Shown here: piece after piece, positions 56,217 through 64,000 of the stretch | Layout: each line of letters begins with the position of its first letter | Position numbering within the stretch: position 1 is the first letter of the stretch | Assembly (NCBI GenBank): GCA_951406725.2 | Contig: OX597822.1 | Span: 32,798,001 to 32,862,000, forward strand | Length of the DNA: 64,000 nt | Direction of reading: 5' to 3' | Source: Octopus vulgaris | Lineage: Eukaryota | Notes under the pieces: model-generated | Told to the model about the DNA's origin: nothing | Seen by the model: the letters and a program-made list of their open reading frames with translations, nothing else | The model's database searches: none | Translations under genes and position numbers: made by a program

Positions 56217-57715
56217 CTGTATAAATAAATTTATTTTGTCGATTATTTTTTTCCGTCTGGAGAAAACAGTTTTCTTGTCTATGTTTTCGTTAATTTGCTT
56301 CCACAGTATTATTACTGAAAATTGTGTGTTTACATTTCTAATAACGTTGTGTTTATTCATATCGAAAGCTATTAGAAAGTTGACATCAATTTATATAGTT
56401 TTGATTTTCTTGATGAAATCACTAACATTCATTGAAAATAAAATAAATGTCATATGAACAAGAACACATTATTTCGTTTCTATAATATTTTGCACATTTC
56501 CATCCATCTAGTTTATTTGTATTTATAGGATTAATCTGTCTCTTGCACCAATATTTGTTTCAATAGATATCTCAGGTATCCGTTTATGGTACAATTTCTT
56601 CATAGATGCAGATGTGGATGTGTTGCAAATAGTTTATCTTCGCAACCACGTGGCTCCGGTTTCAGTCCCACACCGTGGAACTTGGTCAAGTGTTGTCTAC
56701 TCTAGCCTCGAACCGAGGAAAGCATTGTTACTCCAGCATTTGACTGACATATCTTATTTATCGACCACGAAATGCTGGAATGCAAAGTTAGCTTCGGTTT
56801 AATTTGAACTATGAATGTAAAGACGGACGAAACACCGCTAAACTTTGTGCCCAGCGAACTAACCGTCCAGCCAGCTTGCCGCCTTGAGGTTATATAAAAA
56901 TAATTGCTTGCCAGTTCAAATCGTCTCCATTCATAAAATTAACAGCAGCAGCAGCGGAAGCATTTGAACTCTCTGTATTGTCAATGTGCAAGATTAACAC
57001 AAACCCAGTCGATTATTTTTCATATTAGGAAATAAGGAGGAATTGTGGTATCCGAAGCAATTTCCAGTTTCGCAGAAACGGTGAACAGAATAAGAAAATT
57101 TGTTTCACACTTTCTGCAAAGACTTATAACAATATACAATGACGGTGTGGCTGTGTTACTTCTAGGATAGGAGTGTCAAAAAGCCTCTATCTGGCCACTA
57201 CATCAACGAAAAATATGGAACAATTGTCCACGAAATTCAGTCTTTACCAAATTCAAAAAAGCACAGCTTTCCTAATTAGATGCTTAAAATATCTAAGTTT
57301 TACTTGAATAAAATTTTCTTCGTTTTGGTCATATTTTATACCTCATTGAAGATAATACGCTGCTCCCTACCATCTTTTGCGGAAGAGTTCTGAAGTCATG
57401 TGAACCGGTCTTCTTGCTTAAAGGTGAAATAGACTTTGCGCTTCGTTCGTTTAAGTTCGAGAAAGCAGGATACTTTTAGAGTGAACTATAAATAAACCGA
57501 CAGAATGTGACTAAGAAACCCCTACAGTGTCTTTCCTAATAAAAATAATGCCAGTGCCTACACAGATGTATAGACATAGACAAAGGATGGTTACATAGAG
57601 CATGTGATTTGTAGATTACATGGCTTGTGGCATATTGTTGGAGAGCAATTTTTGCATAACGCGATTTATTTGTGGTTTTCGTTGTGAGTAGTATGTGTTA
57701 CAATATCGTGTGTAG

Positions 57716-57946
57716 TACGAAGGAGTGGGGGGACTGGAAAGTTCATGGTTTCAAGGATCTCACGAAAGGCCTGGTTGAAGGCCAACCTTCTGCGTTCTTT
57801 TACATGGCTTGGAAAAACTAAAGGACCGCTGCATTATGTATGTGTGAATCTGGGTGGGGGGGGGTATGTTAATTAAAATAATAATTAACTGATCTTCCAG
57901 TATTTTCTTTTACCAAAACCCAAGAACTTTTCAGCACCCTCTTGTA
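57716..57946 (+). mobile_element. Mariner-derived MITE
   Basis: TA-flanked TIR-like ends TACGAAGG..CTGGAAAGTTC / GAACTTTTCAGCACCCTCTTGTA; remnant GLEKLKDRC..CVNL.G.YV like a mariner transposase C-terminus. Confidence 0.7.
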
Positions 57947-58081
57947 GTTATGTCGAAATAGTTGACTACGTACTAAACCCCAAAAATCGTTAGCCTTCTT
58001 CCAAAATTTGAAACCATTATTTTTGTTGTTGTTTTTGCTGTTGTTCCTGCTACTGATGTTGTTGTTATGTATGCGTTATTG

Positions 58082-58559
58082 TCTTCTTCTTCCAATCAGG
58101 ACTCACGCCATTAGCCACAAGGAATAATCTCTCATTCGAGCCTACTCTAAGCTACTAAGAATGCTTGTGGCAACTTGAAGATCCACCCACCACACGCGAT
58201 AGACTGGCGGTTGCACGGGCGCGAAAGCTACGTTGTTATCCTCATTTCGTAAACGCTGGCTTTTAATGGGTGGAGATCTGAACCATCCTGGGGTACAAAG
58301 GATTAGCAATCTAGATTAGGGTCTGAAAGTTTACCACACCATAGTGGTTTACACCATGCTTTGAGGCAGAAGTAGGAAGAATGAGTGACAGAAAGTTGTG
58401 GTGAAAGAGTACAGCGGGATTCACCACCCGTCCCCGTCGGAGCCTCGTGGAGCTTCGGTGTTTTGCTCAATAAACCCTCACAATGCCCGGTCTGGGAATC
58501 GAAACCGCGTTCTTATGACTGCGAGCCCGCTGCCCTAACCACTGGGCCATTGCGCCTCC
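58082..58559 (-). mobile_element. SINE family C with long (GAA)-ending tail
   Basis: Reverse complement of 6196-6693. Confidence 0.85.
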
Positions 58560-60002
58560 CCTGCGTTGTTGTTGCTACCGCTAATGTGTTTTCAAGTAGT
58601 CAGACGTGTTTTTCATCTGAATCTCACATAACGTAGTTTATTAACTGGTGGACCTACGTGAAAAAACATTATTAAATCAGAATTTCTAAATACAGAGGTA
58701 ATTACTTGCATTAAGTCTTTCAATTTTGGCGTAAAAACATGTTTTATTTGCAAATTTATTTTTCTCTTTTTCACCACTCATAAACAAAGAAAATTTCCAC
58801 AGCATTTAGAAACGCACCTTCAAAATTTCGAAGAAAAACAGACATAGTTTTACAGACAGCAGTCTGAAAAACAAAAGAAAAGTAATTCACTTGCAGAATA
58901 CTTTTATTTCACAACAAACGACCAAGATTTTCTAATAGGAAGCAAATACGAGTAATGATAAACACAAGCGGCGACAATAACATATGTTCGTGTTTTGCCA
59001 GTTGAATCAGTGAATGAAAAGTTCGAATTGTGGAGCAGGAGAATCGTTCCTCAGTTTCTTTGTTTTGTTTGATCTACCTAAAACAAGTGGAATCAAGATA
59101 ATTTTCTGGCGGAGAAAAGTTTTCCCTGATAGATCTGTGTGGCTAAGGAAGGCGCTTTCACAACTCAGTAACTAAGAAGTGTTTCCTCTGAACCTCACCC
59201 AAAGAGCTGATTCTTTACAGGTGTATTCGATGTCTTGAATAATATTTTTTTTTTTGATCCAGGAACGTATGACAGAACCATATACGTAATACTGAAATTG
59301 CAGCCGAAGCAGAAGCAGAAGCAGAACGAAATGATGTGTTACATACTTCACAAGAAGTTCGTGCCAAAACAGATGTAGAGGAGCATCACACGGATCAGAA
59401 TGAAGGATATTAGCAATGATGTTCAAGCCTGAGTTGTTTTGACAGTCTTACGTATTACTGGCAAGCGCAAGCGTAAAATTGAGCCAGAATTTTTTGCGAC
59501 AAGATAGAAAGCTGAATAGGCAAGACAGATTGACGTGGAGAAACAGAAAAGGAAGGGAACAAAGAGAAAGCAGAGTGTTTGTACACCGTTTCAAGAAGCC
59601 TCTCAAATTCACATCGCTCCGAAAGTAAGTCAATAAACAGCGTAAAATTTTCTGTGGGATAAATATCAATGTTCATGTGTTGACGAACAGCAATTTTAGA
59701 TGTGTAAATTACAGAAGCCCTTGAAGAATATACTCTTATTAAGCGTCTAATAGCGGCCTATAAATATATGAATTGCTCTTCGCAAAAATAATGCACAGGT
59801 CTTATGGGCTCGATTGACCAAAAATGCTTCTTGGAGCTTATGACATTTGAAGCTTGTTTATAGAGTATAAAGGACAATGGAAATCATAGTAGAGGACAGA
59901 TTTACCTGTTTTTTCCGATTTTTTTAGATCATGGTATAAGTGCGTAGAGTCATACCGACTGACTATCCCCATCCACACAGAACGCTAAGAACATTATTGC
60001 TC

Positions 60003-60201
60003 TTACTATTTCACTTGTTTCAGTCATGTAGTGTGGCCATGCTGGAGCACTACCTTTAGTCGAGCAAATCGACCCGAGGACTTAATTTTTGTAAGCCTAG
60101 TACTTATTCTATTAGTCTCTTTTGTCGAACCGCTAATTTACGGGGACGTAAACACACCACCATCGGTTGTCAAGCGATGTTGGGGGGACAAACACAGACA
60201 C

Positions 60202-60256
<55 letters not shown>

Positions 60257-60418
60257 TATACGACGGGCTTCTTTCAGTTTCCGTCTACCAAATCCACTCA
60301 CAACGCTTTGGTCGGCCCGAGGCTATTGTAGAAGGCACTTGCCGAAGGTGCAACGTACTAGGACTGAACCCGGAACCATGTTGTTCGTAAGTAAGCTACT
60401 TACCACACAGCAACTCCC
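60003..60418 (-). mobile_element. SINE family A, full length
   Basis: Reverse complement of family A. Confidence 0.85.
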
Positions 60419-60914
60419 ACGCTTCCCTCACTTACACCTACTTCCCTCACTTCTTGAACGACTTATGGATCCCTAAACCAGCTCTTCCTACGACAGCCCC
60501 CAAGGATAACTCGTCACAGACATTAAAGTTGCTCTTACTAACGTTACTGTCCTTCATTTCCCTCAACTAAATCAATACATTTAACTAAATAGTTCATATC
60601 TACACTTGATCCTCTCCGGGTTTCAATCCTAGCCCATGTTTCTATTTGCGTGATGCTCTTAAGTAAACATTCTAACTGAATATCAATTTTATCAATCTCT
60701 CCTAGTCAGTATGCTTGAAAACATGCCATGCTTACTACAACTGGTTGTAATACTCTATTTACAAAACAAGAAATCTGTTCGCCTCAATCACCTTTCTTTC
60801 TTCCTGTTATCCACAATGTGTCTACCCTTTCATAACCTGATTAATCAATTTTCACAATTTTTACTCTCTATAAATACACTTTATAGAACTTACTGCCAAA
60901 CCCACAATTCCACA

Positions 60915-60991
<77 letters not shown>

Positions 60992-61622
60992 ATATTTATA
61001 TATATATGTATATATATATATATATATACATACATACATACATACACACACATATACATATATATTTTATTATATATTTATATATTATATTTCTATATCA
61101 ATTTGCATGAGTCCAGCAAAGATCATAGTTACTGCCCTCTCGCTTTCACTCTAACAATCTCAATCTCTTGTTTAAAGAAAAAAATCAAATCTGGCTTTGA
61201 AACATTGATGGCAATAAAATCAGAAAATCAATATTGATTCCATTGCGAAAGCAAAAGTTAAAAAAATAAATTACTATGTTACTAGTCAAACAAAAATTGG
61301 TCATTAATCACATAATTACTGAAGAAATTATTTATATTTTATTTCCTATAGTATTCCATAGATGATCATTAATATTATTCCACACTCGCTCGGAAAAAAA
61401 GAATAACAAAAGGCTGAAAACATCGTTCTGACAAATGGGGAACATTAATATCAAGACACTTTAGTTTGACTACAATGATAAAACATTACTGTAAAGATTA
61501 TTCTTTGGATGCTCATACATTATTGTAGAGAACGATTAGACACTGGATATTAATGTTGTCTAATCTATCAAAAACCCCTTCGTGTGTTTGCATATTTGCA
61601 TATACCTACACATATACGTACG

Positions 61623-61662
<40 letters not shown>

Positions 61663-62363
61663 TTTGATGAAATTTTTTCTGTAAAAAAGCTTCAGCCTAT
61701 ATATATATATATATATATTATATTATATTATATTATATTATATTTTATATTATATTATATTATATTATATTATATTATATTATATTATATTATATTATAT
61801 TATGTATTATGTGTATTTATACTTCTTGCTTGAAATCATTTAATTGTGGACAAGTTCTGGCACATCGCTTGAAATTTCTTGTTGTAAAAGCAAACCTAAA
61901 AATAATTTTTTAAAACTTTCTCTTTCCGTCGTTTTCTTCTGCCAAATGCTTACGTTACTGGGAGGCAATTAAACTTATACTCTTTTCATGTGATGTGAAC
62001 TCATACATAGAGACACGCAAATACACATATACATACATATCCGTGCACGTATTTATTTCTACATGTAACTGGAACCCACTTCACACCTGCTCAGTCTCTA
62101 TATTGACGACGGTGTTGGTGATACCGCCCTCAGCAGATTACATCTTCATAGATTCATAAATTTGACTTACTCTTTTCCCACAGCCTTAGAATTTACCTTT
62201 TCCGTATTCGATACCACAGTTCGTTTTCTTGTCATCTCACTATAAACAATAATTACATGTCCACGCCCGTTTACGCCAAGCCTGCAGGTTCTGACTCCTA
62301 TCTCTACATCTTTTCCGCTTACACCTACAACGCTAAACCTGCCATACCAGTATTTCAATATCT

Positions 62364-63831
62364 GGATCTTTTCAATTCTGAAGCCAGGACCACAGATCTT
62401 TCTACTTAACTAAATAATCTGAAACTTCGTATGCTGATAGAGTCTAGCAAAACAAGACACAGGTTGGAACTAGTTTATTTGAGAAAAATCTATTTTATGA
62501 CTTTAATCGTAGATTAAAACTGCGAATTTTAACCAATCAGATTGTTTGTTTTCATGTGTAAAACTTGACTGCATTCTATTAGTCTGACGTAGAAAGCGCT
62601 TTTGTGACGTACTAACGTTCGGAAAACTGTAAACAAACACAGAACGTAACGGCAGACGAAATACGGCTACGCATTTCGCCCGGCGTGCTAACGTTTCTGC
62701 CAGCTCTTTGCTTTTTTAATATTAAATTTCGGCGAAGTTTCGCTTGTCGTAGCACAAGTTTTCCGTCGATTTCCGTAAAAAACTTTTATTTTTTTACATA
62801 AGTAATGAGAGCGAAAGAGACTAAGAGGAAGCGATTTTATGACGAGGGAAGTTTGTCTTTGAAGTTACCGTCTAGGGGAAGCATTGATGTACATGTGTGT
62901 GTGTGTGTGTTTGATGGGGTGTGGGAGACAGTATGTTGTGTAAGTGAAGTGCTTCTGTTAGTGTGTGTGAAGAGACAGAGAGAGTAATGTGTGAAAGAGA
63001 GAGATAACTGAAATTTTTTACTCGGTGTATGTGTATATGTATGTCTGCATGTATGTGTGTGTGTGTATGTATCTATGTATGTATGGCCGATTCATCGTAA
63101 TTACGATGAATCGGCCATACATACATACACACACACATACATACACACACACAGATACTTACACATACATACACACACACATACATGCAGACATACATAT
63201 ACACATACACCGAGTAAAAAATTTCAGTTATCTCTCTCTTTCACACATTACTCTCTCTGTCTCTTCACACACACTAACAGAAGCACTTCACTTACACAAC
63301 ATACTGTCTCCCACACCCCATCAAACACACACACACACACATGTACATCAATGCTTCCCCTAGACGGTAACTTCAAAGACAAACTTCCCTCGTCATAAAA
63401 TCGCTTCCTCTTAGTCTCTTTCGCTCTCATTACTTATGTAAAAAAATAAAACGAAAGCAAGTACTAACAGAATGGAAACATTTTCAATTTAATACATGTG
63501 GCTTATTAACTAGTTTTAAATATTGTTATTAGAAGGTGGCTGACTATAGGATCCTGGAAACATGAGTACGTTAAATAATACATTTAAGATGTTTAATACG
63601 TCACGAAATTGGTGGTCGAGACGGAGTAAATAAAATAAAGCCGAATGACGGAATATCATTGGTTAAAATTCTAATTATTAAACAACGTTAAACTTAGAAG
63701 TTACAATTCCGTTTTCATTCTGGTTTACAATTAAGTTTACTTTTGACACATTCTACCAGTATACGAAGTTTCAAATTGTTTGGTTCAGTAGGAAAAATTT
63801 GAAAAAACTGGCTTCAGAATAGAAAAGATCC
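62364..63831. mobile_element. Non-autonomous DNA transposon with long imperfect TIRs and 8-bp TSD (Mutator- or Merlin-like)
   Basis: GGATCTTTTCAATTCTGAAGCCAG / CTGGCTTCAGAATAGAAAAGATCC; TSD CAATATCT at 62356 and 63832; SINE B fragment at 62640-62705. Confidence 0.85.
62784..63451. repeat. 668-bp spacer-less palindrome
   Basis: Centre GGCCGATTCATCGTAA|TTACGATGAATCGGCC at 63100/63101; identical ORF on both strands (62805+ and 63248-). Confidence 0.95.
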
Positions 63832-64000
63832 CAATATCTTCGACTTCACTGATTCTGCAGCATCGATTCGGATTCAGAATGTCAAAGTAAGAGAATAAAA
63901 TAGTTCTTCCTCAACCAATTTTTTTCCTCGATCGATTAATGACGCTGCACTGTTGTTAGGCCAGCTACTAAGCGATTTTTTACTTACCCTCTCTACACTC

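Noticed and set aside
59200-59630. Purine-rich, exon-like stretch with AG/GT sites
   Set aside because: Stops in all plausible frames; no recognisable domain

Overview
AT-rich, repeat-dense animal genomic DNA. It is very probably an octopus/cephalopod intron or intergenic region; this is inferred from the tRNA-SINE families and the extreme (TA)n/(CA)n load. No host protein-coding gene can be supported, and nearly all listed ORFs are microsatellite or SINE read-through. The window holds many SINE copies, an RTE-clade LINE 3' fragment, a CRE-like restriction-endonuclease fragment, two non-autonomous Helitrons and several MITEs. One DNA transposon has an 8-bp TSD and a ~670-bp internal palindrome. 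The main signal is about 11 hammerhead ribozyme (HHR) motifs, complete or partial, in several unrelated small retroelements. Four are Penelope-like (PLE) relics with GIY-YIG or RT-linker remnants. Two are non-coding retrozyme-like units with 487-nt and 364-nt periods. One is a tRNA-headed SINE with an HHR in its tail. Several carry inverted duplications that begin almost at the predicted cleavage site. All RNA structures were folded by eye and activity is untested.
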